Virus record (IMG/VR): IMGVR_UViG_3300045963_000133
Location: 1-25,308 of that record
From: a virus
Taxonomy: Duplodnaviria > Caudoviricetes
DNA length: 25,308 bases
Direction: 5' to 3' (one strand)
Shown here: positions 1 to 8,174 of the stretch, one piece after another
How positions within the stretch are numbered: the stretch's first letter is position 1
Layout of the letters: each line of letters opens with the position of its first letter
Made by a program: the position numbers and the translations under genes
Notes under the pieces: model-generated
Databases searched by the model: none
Told to the model about the DNA's origin: nothing
Seen by the model: the letters and a program-made list of their open reading frames with translations, nothing else

Positions 1-1
1 C

Positions 2-79
2 GAGATCGAACCCGATCAGGCGCAGCGCCAGGCCGCCTTCGAGCGCACCAGCCTGATCAACGACATCAACCAGGAGTGA
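2..79 (+). CDS. 3' end of a hypothetical protein (partial, begins upstream of the window)
   Basis: Open frame EIEPDQAQRQAAFERTSLINDINQE ends in TGA at 77-79. Third positions are GC-rich, and it contains the AGGAG SD of the next gene. Confidence 0.6.
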   Translation, partial: EIEPDQAQRQAAFERTSLINDINQE

Positions 80-86
80 CACATCC

Positions 87-293
87 ATGGATACGACCCA
101 GCACACACACCCGGTGGTCTTCGGCCGCAAGGTTGACGGATGCCCGCGCTGTACCGAGCTGCGCCTGGGCATGCCGCCTCGGACCTGGCGCAATCAGCGC
201 TCGAGCAGCGATGCCCAGCGCCTGGCTGACATCCGGTCGCATGACTGCAAGAAATCCCACTGCGGGCCGGTCTGCACGTTCGGCGACTACTGA
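87..293 (+). CDS. small Cys/His-rich hypothetical phage protein (possible Zn binder)
   Basis: SD AGGAG lies upstream of the ATG. Motifs are HxH, CPRC, HDC and HCGPVC. Codon bias is GC3-rich. Confidence 0.75.
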   Translation: MDTTQHTHPVVFGRKVDGCPRCTELRLGMPPRTWRNQRSSSDAQRLADIRSHDCKKSHCGPVCTFGDY

Positions 294-363
294 CCCCTGA
301 CCCCACAGACCCTGCGGCGCGTGCGCTGCAGTCCTGTGTGATCAACCACCAAGGAGGGCCGCC

Positions 364-570
364 ATGGCCAATGCAAGCGCCGACGTGCGCATCGACAATC
401 ACGGCTCCATCCTCATCGTCAATGGCCTGACCGAGGCCGGCCGTGAATGGATGGACAACAATCTGGCCAGCGATGCGCTGACGTGGGGCGCCCACGGCAT
501 CGTCGTCGAGCCCCGCTACCTCGGCGACATCGTCGAGGGCATGATCAACGACGGACTGGAGGTCCAATGA
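364..570 (+). CDS. hypothetical phage protein (acidic, 68 aa)
   Basis: Strong SD AAGGAGG upstream, typical codon bias, ATGA coupling to the next gene. Confidence 0.8.
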   Translation: MANASADVRIDNHGSILIVNGLTEAGREWMDNNLASDALTWGAHGIVVEPRYLGDIVEGMINDGLEVQ

Positions 571-773
571 TGAGCAAGACTGAGGCATTGCGGCGCGCTC
601 GCGCCATGGTAGGGCCCCTGATCCGGTGGGGCCACAATGACTGGCGATTCAGCAGCAACGAAGACGGCTGCGGCTGGCGTGAAAGCCTGGGTCGGCCATA
701 CTTCCACCAACATGCTGTTCGCGGCCAGCGCATCCGCGACATCGCCTGCGACTTGAGGAAGACGCCGGCATGA
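567..773 (+). CDS. hypothetical protein (MMSKTEALRR...)
   Basis: ATGA overlaps at both ends (567-570 and 770-773). Start moved from the ORF-track position 447 to 567. Confidence 0.65.
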   Translation: MMSKTEALRRARAMVGPLIRWGHNDWRFSSNEDGCGWRESLGRPYFHQHAVRGQRIRDIACDLRKTPA

Positions 774-1219
774 AGCTCATCGACGCCTACAAGGTGGCCG
801 CCCAGCTCCATGCCGGCCAGGTCGACAAGGCCGGCCGCCCGTACATCGAGCACCTGACGCGGGTCATGCTGCGCGTGCAGGATGCCGGCGGCGGCCATCT
901 AGCGCAGTTGGTAGCGCTGTTCCACGATGCACTCGAGGACACCAACGTCAGCATCCCCGAACTGCGAGAGGCCGGCCTGCCACGCAGCGTGATCGCATGT
1001 GTCCTCAGTCTGACCAGGGGGTTTGATGAAAGCTACCTTGAATACGTCGACAGGCAGCTACCGAGAAACCCAGACCTCCTGGGCTTCGGCCCAGACCTGG
1101 TGAAGCGCTGCGACATCGAGGACAACATCGACCCCGATCGCCTGGCGCTGCTGCCAGACGATGTTCGCCTGCGGCTCGTGGCCAAGTACACCGAGGCCCT
1201 GGCACTGCTCGATAACTAA
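770..1219 (+). CDS. HD-domain phosphohydrolase, RelA/SpoT hydrolase / Mesh1-like (small alarmone hydrolase-like)
   Basis: Motifs HAGQVDKAGRPYIEH, ALFHDALEDT and VKRCDIEDN match the stand-alone SpoT/Mesh1 HD fold. Confidence 0.85.
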   Translation: MKLIDAYKVAAQLHAGQVDKAGRPYIEHLTRVMLRVQDAGGGHLAQLVALFHDALEDTNVSIPELREAGLPRSVIACVLSLTRGFDESYLEYVDRQLPRNPDLLGFGPDLVKRCDIEDNIDPDRLALLPDDVRLRLVAKYTEALALLDN

Positions 1220-1225
1220 ACCGAC

Positions 1226-1243
1226 CGGCAAGCTTGCCGTTTT
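1226..1243 (+). terminator. possible weak intrinsic terminator
   Basis: Palindrome CGGCAAGCTTGCCG followed by TTTT, just after the HD gene stop. Confidence 0.4.
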
Positions 1244-1278
1244 GTCATCGAACCATCTAACCACTTAGGATCAACATC

Positions 1279-1470
1279 ATGTACTACACAGCACCCCTGA
1301 ACGGCCGCCGCCCCACCGACGGCGATTGCCAGCGCACGCTGGCCGACGCCCTGCGTGAGGTCAAGAGCATCCCCGAGCGGACCGTCTTCCGCTCGTCCGA
1401 CGACGCGGTCGTCGCGTCCGGGTACGTCCTGGCTAAGCGGCGCTGCGATCTGCGGCTGGTCTACCGCTGA
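1279..1470 (+). CDS. hypothetical protein
   Basis: SD AGGA upstream, GC3 bias, terminator downstream. Confidence 0.65.
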   Translation: MYYTAPLNGRRPTDGDCQRTLADALREVKSIPERTVFRSSDDAVVASGYVLAKRRCDLRLVYR

Positions 1471-1492
1471 CCCAGCCTCCAATCATCAGCCT

Positions 1493-1516
1493 GCCCGCCT
1501 CGTGCGGGCTTTTTTT
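1493..1516 (+). terminator. rho-independent terminator
   Basis: GCCCGC-ctcgt-GCGGGC hairpin followed by T7. Confidence 0.8.
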
Positions 1517-1531
1517 CGTCTGGAGATCCCC

Positions 1532-1846
1532 ATGAAGCAGATCCCGTTCACCACCATCCGCGCGCTGCATCAGCAGCTCAAGCCGGGCAGCCCGTGGTTC
1601 GACGCCGGCGCCATCTCGTTCTTTCGCACCGTGCTGCCGCAGTACGGCTTCGAGGTGCGCGGCGGGTTCGCGTTCGTCACGGCCGAGACCAGCCTGTCCG
1701 GAGAGAAGCGCTTCAGCGTGCGCTACCTGCACAGCACCACCGGAGGCATCGAGACGCTGGGCGGTTTCCACCACTTCCCGAGCCAGCGAGCAGCCACTGC
1801 GCGCATCCAGGGCCTGGTCGATGAGCTGCTGAAGGAGCCTGCGTGA
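1532..1846 (+). CDS. hypothetical phage protein (MKQIPFTTIRAL...WFDAGAISFF)
   Basis: SD GGAG 6-7 nt before ATG 1532, GTGA coupling to the next gene. Start moved from the ORF-track position 1355. Confidence 0.8.
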   Translation: MKQIPFTTIRALHQQLKPGSPWFDAGAISFFRTVLPQYGFEVRGGFAFVTAETSLSGEKRFSVRYLHSTTGGIETLGGFHHFPSQRAATARIQGLVDELLKEPA

Positions 1847-2148
1847 TGGACCGCTTCGACATCGCCGAGGCCCACGCCGTGCTCGAGTGGGACTACAACC
1901 AGGGCGGGTGGCTGCGCGAACGGCCCAGCAACCAGCGGCGCATGGAAGCCACCTCGGTGCAACTGCAGCGCATCGGGTTCAGGGCCAGGCCGGATCTGTG
2001 TTTCGAGAACCTCGAGGACGACGGCAAGGAGGTCTACCTGACCAACGTGCTGCGCTGGTGGCTGCCGATCGATGATCAGGTCGGCGCTGCGATCAAGGCC
2101 TTCTTCACGCCGGAGTTCATCGCGAGCTTCAGGCACCCGGGGCTGTGA
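1843..2148 (+). CDS. hypothetical phage protein
   Basis: SD AAGGAG, translational coupling on both sides, GC3 bias. Confidence 0.8.
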   Translation: MMDRFDIAEAHAVLEWDYNQGGWLRERPSNQRRMEATSVQLQRIGFRARPDLCFENLEDDGKEVYLTNVLRWWLPIDDQVGAAIKAFFTPEFIASFRHPGL

Positions 2149-2459
2149 TGTCATCTGAGATTACACTCTCGAGCATGACGGGCGAACAACTGGATCAGTG
2201 GCGGGTACATGTCGGCATGCCGGTGACGCGGGTGACCGCGCTGCTGGGCGTGTCGAGAACCGCCTGGTATCAGTGGATCAAAGGGACCCAGCCCGTTCCC
2301 AAGGCCATCTCTCTGGCCTGCGCTGCGATCACGATGGGCGTGCGCAGCTACCCCGCCCCTCAGTCCGCTTCGGCATCGACCGTCGAGGACACTGGTGCTG
2401 ACGCCGGCTTCTCACTGGCCGCACCGTTCAGCGGCCCGCCCGGGCCGCCCCTGGACTGA
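2145..2459 (+). CDS. XRE/Cro-like helix-turn-helix protein
   Basis: Pattern LDQWRVHVGMPVTRVTALLGVSRTAWYQWIKGTQPVP is a typical HTH_XRE. The low-complexity tail overlaps the convergent gene. Confidence 0.7.
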   Translation: MMSSEITLSSMTGEQLDQWRVHVGMPVTRVTALLGVSRTAWYQWIKGTQPVPKAISLACAAITMGVRSYPAPQSASASTVEDTGADAGFSLAAPFSGPPGPPLD

Positions 2460-2857
2460 CCGTTGACCTGACGGGTGCGCCGCATGCCTGCGGTGCCGTC
2501 CACACGCCTGAGCTCCCCGATCGCTACGATCGCCTGCGGAGCCAACCAGGCCGGTAGTGTCGTCTCGACACGCTTGATTTCACCTTGCATCGGCCGGGAC
2601 CTGAACAGCTTGCTCTGTTCTATTGTCCTGGCCGATCCTGGGTGGTCTACCACAACCCACTCCAATAGACCCAGCTCGGCCTGCTTGTTAAGCCAGAAGA
2701 TGACCTTCTGCCAGGCCACGCCACACCGCGCGCCGACCTCGGCAGCAGACATCCACCCGCCGTCCTCGCGGAGGACATCAAGGTATTGATAGCCGTGGAC
2801 CGGCCTCGGCAGCAACTTGTTGTAGACGATCTTCGTCTTGCGTCTCACCTTGACCAT
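2360..2857 (-). CDS. putative winged-HTH DNA-binding protein (last gene of the early - strand operon)
   Basis: SD GGAGGG upstream. YLDVLREDGGWMSAAEVGARCGVAWQKVIFWLNKQAELGLL resembles a wHTH. Confidence 0.6.
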   Translation of the reverse strand: MVKVRRKTKIVYNKLLPRPVHGYQYLDVLREDGGWMSAAEVGARCGVAWQKVIFWLNKQAELGLLEWVVVDHPGSARTIEQSKLFRSRPMQGEIKRVETTLPAWLAPQAIVAIGELRRVDGTAGMRRTRQVNGQSRGGPGGPLNGAASEKPASAPVSSTVDAEAD

Positions 2858-3326
2858 CGGTCCCTCCTGTTGGTCTCCACTCCGGCAGCGTTGCAGGCCA
2901 CAGGCCCTGCTCGATCACCCTGGTCCTGGTGGCCAGGGCTGCAACGACTTCGAACAGCCTGCGGCCTTGCTTGCCCAGCTTCCCGCTGCTGCCCACGAGC
3001 TCGTGGCATGCAGCGCAGCCAGGCCATCCACGTCGGCAGTCGGTCTTGATCCCCATGCCCTTGCCTTCGTCGGAATGGCAGAACTGGGAAGGGCCATGGC
3101 GGCCGCAGCGGAAGCACGGCATGGCCCTGACCACATCCATGTACCCCTCGTGGTCCAGCACGCATTCCTTGGGCCGTGGCAGGACTTCCTGGGCCATCTG
3201 GGCAGCAGGCCTGGCCGGCCTGGCCGGCTGTTTCGGCTTGACCGTGTAGTCATCCATCCGCTTGACCGGCCTGGGCGTCCACGCCGGCTTGAACCCGGTG
3301 CGCTTCATCGGCTTGCTTCGGTTCAC
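2778..3326 (-). CDS. DUF968/NinG-like Zn-binding HNH-fold protein
   Basis: YMDVVRAMPCFRCG...HSDEGKGMGIK...GCAACH pattern of nin-region proteins. GTG start with SD GAGG. Confidence 0.7.
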   Translation of the reverse strand: MNRSKPMKRTGFKPAWTPRPVKRMDDYTVKPKQPARPARPAAQMAQEVLPRPKECVLDHEGYMDVVRAMPCFRCGRHGPSQFCHSDEGKGMGIKTDCRRGWPGCAACHELVGSSGKLGKQGRRLFEVVAALATRTRVIEQGLWPATLPEWRPTGGTDGQGETQDEDRLQQVAAEAGPRLSIP

Positions 3327-3486
3327 GGCTGCCTCTCTTGCGGATGTGCTGACCCAGCGGGACGACGGTTTCGACCGTCGAGAATTTGTGGCCGTTGCCG
3401 CAGATCCGGCGCCGTCTCGGGCCGGACGGTGAGTTCCTGGTGTCCAGGACGTCGCTGAAAGGAGAGGTGCATTCAGGGCACCTCAC
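3250..3486 (-). CDS. NrdR N-terminal-like zinc-ribbon protein
   Basis: MRCPEC...VLDTR...RRRRICGNGHKFSTVE matches the NrdR Zn-ribbon motif. No ATP-cone domain. Confidence 0.75.
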   Translation of the reverse strand: MRCPECTSPFSDVLDTRNSPSGPRRRRICGNGHKFSTVETVVPLGQHIRKRGSREPKQADEAHRVQAGVDAQAGQADG

Positions 3487-3818
3487 AGCGCTGTCACCGA
3501 CCAGGCCTTCTTGACCTTCTGGGCCAGGAAGAACTGCGCAGGGAAACGCGAGGCGGCGACCTTGAGCTTCACGCGGCCGTCGTCGGTGATGAAGCCGCCC
3601 TTGACCTCATGCACCTCGAGCGATCGGTCGGCCAACATCACACCAAAGTCGATGTCGTAGAACGTCCGGTCTGCCAGGCGGATCTTGAAGGGCTCGAATT
3701 CCCACCAGATCACCTCGCCGGCATGCTTGCGCAGCTCGAGCATGGCGGCGTATTCGGCCTCGGTGCGATTCATCTTGCCAGCCGGAAGGCGGCCCAGGGC
3801 CCTGAACTGCGGCGTCAT
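3483..3818 (-). CDS. DUF1064-like PD-(D/E)xK nuclease
   Basis: KMNRTEAEYA, YDIDF and HEVKGG motifs. Confidence 0.8.
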   Translation of the reverse strand: MTPQFRALGRLPAGKMNRTEAEYAAMLELRKHAGEVIWWEFEPFKIRLADRTFYDIDFGVMLADRSLEVHEVKGGFITDDGRVKLKVAASRFPAQFFLAQKVKKAWSVTAL

Positions 3819-4168
3819 GCGGCACCCCTATCCATGGCCCGGTTCGTGGCCTCCATCGAGCGATAGACGTCGATCGCAGCCTGGGCGATCACCATGGTCC
3901 AGCGGAGCTGCTCCTCGAGCCTGACGGCTTCCTTCAGGCCATCCAGGTGTGCCGAGTACGACTCATCGGCATAGGCCTCGCGCTCCTGGGCCGCAGCGCT
4001 GGTGTTGCCGGCCTTCTCGGCCGACCGCATCAGGATGGCCTTCAAGCTCTTGCGGTACTCCTCCAGGTACACCCGGTCGGCCTTAGCCTGGGCCAGCCTC
4101 GGGCCAGTCGACTGCATCGCCTGCAGCGACTTCATCGGATCCACTTCCCGCGCAACCCCGTCATTCAT
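3815..4168 (-). CDS. helical coiled-coil hypothetical phage protein
   Basis: SD GGAGG before ATG 4168, ATGA coupling downstream, pattern AKADRVYLEEYRKS...AAQEREAYA. Confidence 0.75.
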   Translation of the reverse strand: MNDGVAREVDPMKSLQAMQSTGPRLAQAKADRVYLEEYRKSLKAILMRSAEKAGNTSAAAQEREAYADESYSAHLDGLKEAVRLEEQLRWTMVIAQAAIDVYRSMEATNRAMDRGAA

Positions 4169-4180
4169 CTGACCCTCCAT

Positions 4181-4423
4181 CTGTAGTCAATACCTGGAAC
4201 ACCTAGACCACCTGACACTCCGAGCTGGACAGACCTAGCCCTTCCTGGGTAGGCCTTCACATGAACCGACACTCGTCGCAGTTACATGACCCGCCAGTCG
4301 CTCGACGCTGGGGCACTAGCTTCGCCACCCCGCTGCCCTGTCTCAACGTCTACCCCCCGGTTGGGCTTCGTGGCCTGCGTGCCGGTGCATTTGCATGCGT
4401 CCACGCAGGCCATCGAGGCCGGC
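4181..4423 (-). other. structured intergenic element (candidate ncRNA and/or replication origin)
   Basis: Several hairpins, including an 11-bp perfect stem (4371-4381/4402-4412) and stems that need G-U pairs on the - strand. Three tandem ACCT-starting 9-mers at 4192-4218. Confidence 0.45.
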
Positions 4424-5362
4424 CTATCCGGCCGCCTCAAGGCCCACCGACCGGTACTCCACTGGCTGCCCCCTCATAGCCCCCACCAGCAGCCTGCAAA
4501 GGGCCGGCAGGCCGTACTGGACGTGCAGGTCGTTGGCATCCATCCCCTCGTACTCCGGAGCGGCCCATGGCAGGCCCGTGGCGGCAGCAGCGAACTGACC
4601 TGTGCAGCCCGGGTTGATGCGGGCCTTGACCGGGTCGCGCTGCGGTGCATCGTGGTCTGCGATGACCACACGCTTGCCGCCGATCAGCTTGGCCACGACC
4701 TTGAGGTTGTGAGCTGAGAACGTCACGATGACCGCAGCACGCAGGCGCATCTGCCGGCAGGCCAGCTCGACCGACAGAGCAGTGGCATAGCCCTCAACCA
4801 GGAACGTCACATCGGGGTGGCGCGGGCCGAGGCGCAGCATGGCGCCGTCGGACTGCTGGCCGTAGATGTACTTTTTCTCCCAGCGCATCTCTTCGGGCAG
4901 CCACTTGATGACCTGGCCGCCGACCAGGTGCTGGTGCTGGTCGCGCATGGGGATGAACAGCTCTCCGCCTGGCAGCACCAGGCCGGTGGCATCCGGGAAC
5001 CCCTTGCGGTGCAGGTAGTCGTGCGTGTCTGGCCTGGCGCTGTCCAGGATCTTTGCCGCCTTGGCCTCGGCGCTCGTGCGCAGGTCGACGCGCTCTTGCA
5101 TCAGCAACTGCCGGCGCGCACGGGCCCTGGCCCTGTCGGCTTCGGTCTCGGCAGGCGCCCGGGGATCCTGATAGCGGATGGCGACACCGTCACCGTCCCA
5201 GGCCCAGACGAAGCCTCCCTTACCGTCCCAGACGTAGGCGCCATTCTTCGAGCGTGGGTGCTCGACCGTGGCGCAGCGGCGCAGCTTGCCGCTGTCGTCC
5301 AGGCGGCTCGGGTCGATCTCGACGCCGTGCGCTCGCGCGAAGGCGATGAATTCGTAGCTCAT
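4424..5362 (-). CDS. TOPRIM-domain DNA primase
   Basis: YLHRKG, IPMRD, EGYATALS, IADHD and DANDL motifs. Coupled to the helicase gene. Confidence 0.85.
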   Translation of the reverse strand: MSYEFIAFARAHGVEIDPSRLDDSGKLRRCATVEHPRSKNGAYVWDGKGGFVWAWDGDGVAIRYQDPRAPAETEADRARARARRQLLMQERVDLRTSAEAKAAKILDSARPDTHDYLHRKGFPDATGLVLPGGELFIPMRDQHQHLVGGQVIKWLPEEMRWEKKYIYGQQSDGAMLRLGPRHPDVTFLVEGYATALSVELACRQMRLRAAVIVTFSAHNLKVVAKLIGGKRVVIADHDAPQRDPVKARINPGCTGQFAAAATGLPWAAPEYEGMDANDLHVQYGLPALCRLLVGAMRGQPVEYRSVGLEAAG

Positions 5363-6903
5363 GCCGATGGCCGGTTGTTCGCCTTGGCCAGGCGGATGTT
5401 CCGGGACTTGATGAGGTTCAGCACAGGCCTGGTGATCTCGACGTTCGCCGTCCGGTGGAAACTCAAACCCTCCGGGTAGCTGCCGACCAAGTCCTTGAAC
5501 AGGTGCCAGGCGCGACCCTTCGAGGTCTCTGGGTTGCCGTGGCTGCGCGTGTAAGTGCAGACCTGGGCATAGAGGTGCCGCCGGTCATCGGCCAGCTTGG
5601 TCTTGCCGATGTGGATCTCGCGCATCTCACCGGCCTCATGCTCGACCAGTGCGGCCATCGACTGGCGCTCATGACCGCATGCGAGGCATCGCTTGCCCAT
5701 GGGGCTGAATCCGCACGACGGGCATGATTTCTTGGGCTGGTCGTCCTCGGAGTCCTTGCGGATCGCCGCGTCGAGCTTCTCGCCCATGTCGAGCGAATCC
5801 AGGCCATTGAAAAAAATGTCGCTGTAGTCGTCGGCGAACCGCTCGATGTTCCCGGAGTGGTCCATCAGGATGCAATCGGTCTTGCCGGTGCTGGGGCTGC
5901 TGCGCAGGCCGCGCCCCCACATCTGGATGGCCGTGCTCAGGCTCTTGCGCAGCGGCCTGACATCGACCACGCAGCCGACGTCAGGGACATCGAAACCTTT
6001 GGCCAGGGCCTCGACCGAGATCAACACACGGGTGCTGCTGTCGGGCTTCTTGAATTCGGCCAGGATGGCGGTGCGCTCATCCTCCTTCGTCTCCGAGGTG
6101 AAGAGCTGCGCCAGGACACCCTGCTCGTTGAACTGGCGGCACATCTCCTCGCAGTGCTTGATCGTGGACCCGAAGACGATCGTCTTGCGGCCCTCGGCAT
6201 GCTGCTGCCATTCCTTGACAACATCACCGATGATGTCCATGCCACGCTCGCCGGCAGCAGCCTCGGTCCACTCTCCTCCGCTGGTGGCAGCACCAACCAT
6301 GTTGACCCTGGAGCAGCTCAGGATGCGCATGGGGACCAGCACGCCAGACTCAGTCAATGCCGCCATCGTGGTGGCGTTCACCAGGCGCTCGTAGGTCTGG
6401 CCAAGGCCTGGGCTGAACGGGGTGGCTGACAGCCCGATCACGATGGCCCTGGTGGCCTTGATCATCTCGATCACCCACTTGATCTGGGTGTGCGCCTCAT
6501 CGACCAAGATGACGTCGAAGTCGTCCTTCCAATCGCGCCGCATCAGCGTCTGTGCGCTGGCGATCTGCAGCGGCATGTCTGGGTTGACGCGCCAGTGGTC
6601 GGCCATGATCACGCCGTGCGCGCCCAGGCCGTAGTTGTCGGCCACCGAGCTGGTCTGGTTGATCAGGGTGCGCCGGTCGCAGATGAACAGAACCCGCTTG
6701 CCCTTGATCAGAGCCTCGTGCGCAACACGCATGCCCAGGTAGGTCTTGCCGGACCCCGTCGGGCTCATCAGCATGACAACGCGCACCTTCTCTCGGACGG
6801 CCTGGCGCAGGGACTCGTGGGCCGCCACCTGGAACTCGCGCGGAGGCGGGAAGACCGCCCCGATGTAGTTCGGTTTCGGATCCTCGAAGAGCGGGGCGTT
6901 CAT
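5359..6903 (-). CDS. superfamily 2 DEAH-box DNA helicase with C-terminal Zn finger
   Basis: Walker A SPTGSGKT, DEAH, GLSATP, GFDVPDV, QMWGRGLR and CPSC..CLAC. Confidence 0.92.
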   Translation of the reverse strand: MNAPLFEDPKPNYIGAVFPPPREFQVAAHESLRQAVREKVRVVMLMSPTGSGKTYLGMRVAHEALIKGKRVLFICDRRTLINQTSSVADNYGLGAHGVIMADHWRVNPDMPLQIASAQTLMRRDWKDDFDVILVDEAHTQIKWVIEMIKATRAIVIGLSATPFSPGLGQTYERLVNATTMAALTESGVLVPMRILSCSRVNMVGAATSGGEWTEAAAGERGMDIIGDVVKEWQQHAEGRKTIVFGSTIKHCEEMCRQFNEQGVLAQLFTSETKEDERTAILAEFKKPDSSTRVLISVEALAKGFDVPDVGCVVDVRPLRKSLSTAIQMWGRGLRSSPSTGKTDCILMDHSGNIERFADDYSDIFFNGLDSLDMGEKLDAAIRKDSEDDQPKKSCPSCGFSPMGKRCLACGHERQSMAALVEHEAGEMREIHIGKTKLADDRRHLYAQVCTYTRSHGNPETSKGRAWHLFKDLVGSYPEGLSFHRTANVEITRPVLNLIKSRNIRLAKANNRPSA

Positions 6904-7781
6904 TTGCCTTCCGCCTTCCGCTTCCAGCTCTTGGCCGCCCTGATGGCCTCGTTCTTTTCGCTCATCAGGCCGGCAGCGCGGCCTTCCATCACAGCGACCA
7001 GGGCTTCCAACTGCTTGATGCGCTCCATGGCCGCCTTGAGCCGGTCGTCCGCATCGAAGATGGCGCCCATCTTGTTGTTGTCGGCGATGGCGCTCTCGCA
7101 GCTCTTTGCCATCTCATGGAGCTCGACCAGCAGCTCGTCGTACTTCGCCTTCCAGTCCACGTCTCCGGCCGGCGCTGGTGCAGGCGAGAGCTTCGGTGCC
7201 GGCGCCGGATCCAGCTCGGGCGACGGTGCGGGCGTCAGGACCGTCACGGGGCCCGACGCAGGGGACGGGGCGGGCGTGGCCATGGTCGGCTTGGTGGTCT
7301 CGACGGCGGCCTTGAGCGACATCTCGCCGGCCTTGACCGCCTCGATCACCTCGGGGGCGGCCTTGGATGCCACCACCTTGGCTTGCTTGATGGTCTTGGT
7401 GCTGACGTCAGCCTCTTTGGCCATCTCCGCGTTGGTCGACAAGTGGGGACCTGGTTCCCCCTTTTCAGGGCGGCCTGTTGGAGCCCAGGCATTGCAGGCC
7501 ACTACCGCCATCGCCCGCTGAGACGCATTCATGTGCCTGCGGTGCAGGTTGCGGCTCTTGACGAAGGCTTTCGGGTCCACGCCGGCCGGGAACTCGACGG
7601 CCTTGACAGCCATGCCCAAGCGCACCAGGCAGCCGTAGCGGTGCCAGCCGTCGAGAACCTGGCCCTCGAAGATCGTGATGGGATCACGCTGGCCGTAGTC
7701 TTCGATGTCCTGCTGCAGTGCGCTCAAGTCTTCCGGCGACATGGCCGGGAATGCGGCACTCAGGTAGTGTTGGGTCAGCAT
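6900..7781 (-). CDS. ParB/Srx-like N-terminal domain + HTH + Pro-rich linker + coiled coil
   Basis: DIEDYGQRDPI, VLDGWHRY and NLHRRHMNASQRA motifs, plus an HTH segment (NAEMAKEADVSTKTI). Confidence 0.8.
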   Translation of the reverse strand: MLTQHYLSAAFPAMSPEDLSALQQDIEDYGQRDPITIFEGQVLDGWHRYGCLVRLGMAVKAVEFPAGVDPKAFVKSRNLHRRHMNASQRAMAVVACNAWAPTGRPEKGEPGPHLSTNAEMAKEADVSTKTIKQAKVVASKAAPEVIEAVKAGEMSLKAAVETTKPTMATPAPSPASGPVTVLTPAPSPELDPAPAPKLSPAPAPAGDVDWKAKYDELLVELHEMAKSCESAIADNNKMGAIFDADDRLKAAMERIKQLEALVAVMEGRAAGLMSEKNEAIRAAKSWKRKAEGK

Positions 7782-8113
7782 CAGACGGCCTTGAAAAGGT
7801 GGCAGGTCAAAAGGTGGTTACGGCTGGACAGCGCGCCCTTGGCGCACAGGCCTGACGTCTTGAGGTGCTTGCACTCAGGGCAGAACACGCGGGTCTCTTG
7901 CTCCTGGTCGCGCAGCGCCAGGCGATCGGCCCAGGCTGCAGCGATCGGCGCAGGCATGCCGAGCCGGTGGAAGGCGCGGCCGCGCTGCATGAGGGTTGCG
8001 ATCTCGGCGTCGTCCAGGCGCTCGATGCGCGCGTTGACTTCGGCCTGCTCCATCAGGGGCGGCAGCCACCTGTATGGATCGACATCCCCCATAGGGACAG
8101 TGTTAGGCTTCAT
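7781..8113 (-). CDS. hypothetical protein with C-terminal Cys cluster (CPECKH..C..C)
   Basis: 1-nt stop/start coupling to the ParB-like gene, GC3 bias. Confidence 0.65.
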   Translation of the reverse strand: MKPNTVPMGDVDPYRWLPPLMEQAEVNARIERLDDAEIATLMQRGRAFHRLGMPAPIAAAWADRLALRDQEQETRVFCPECKHLKTSGLCAKGALSSRNHLLTCHLFKAV

Positions 8114-8160
8114 CGGGGATCCCTACACTTCAGCGCATGGCTAAGAGCGCTACCGCACAG

Positions 8161-8174
8161 ATCACACCCGTGAT
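8161..8174. promoter_or_regulatory. repressor operator-like palindrome downstream of cro
   Basis: ATCAC-accc-GTGAT has the same arms as the site at 8489. Confidence 0.6.

Noticed and set aside
7170-7285. Repetitive GC-rich tract
   Set aside because: It encodes the Pro/Ala linker (PAPSP/PAPAP) of the ParB-like protein and is not an array.
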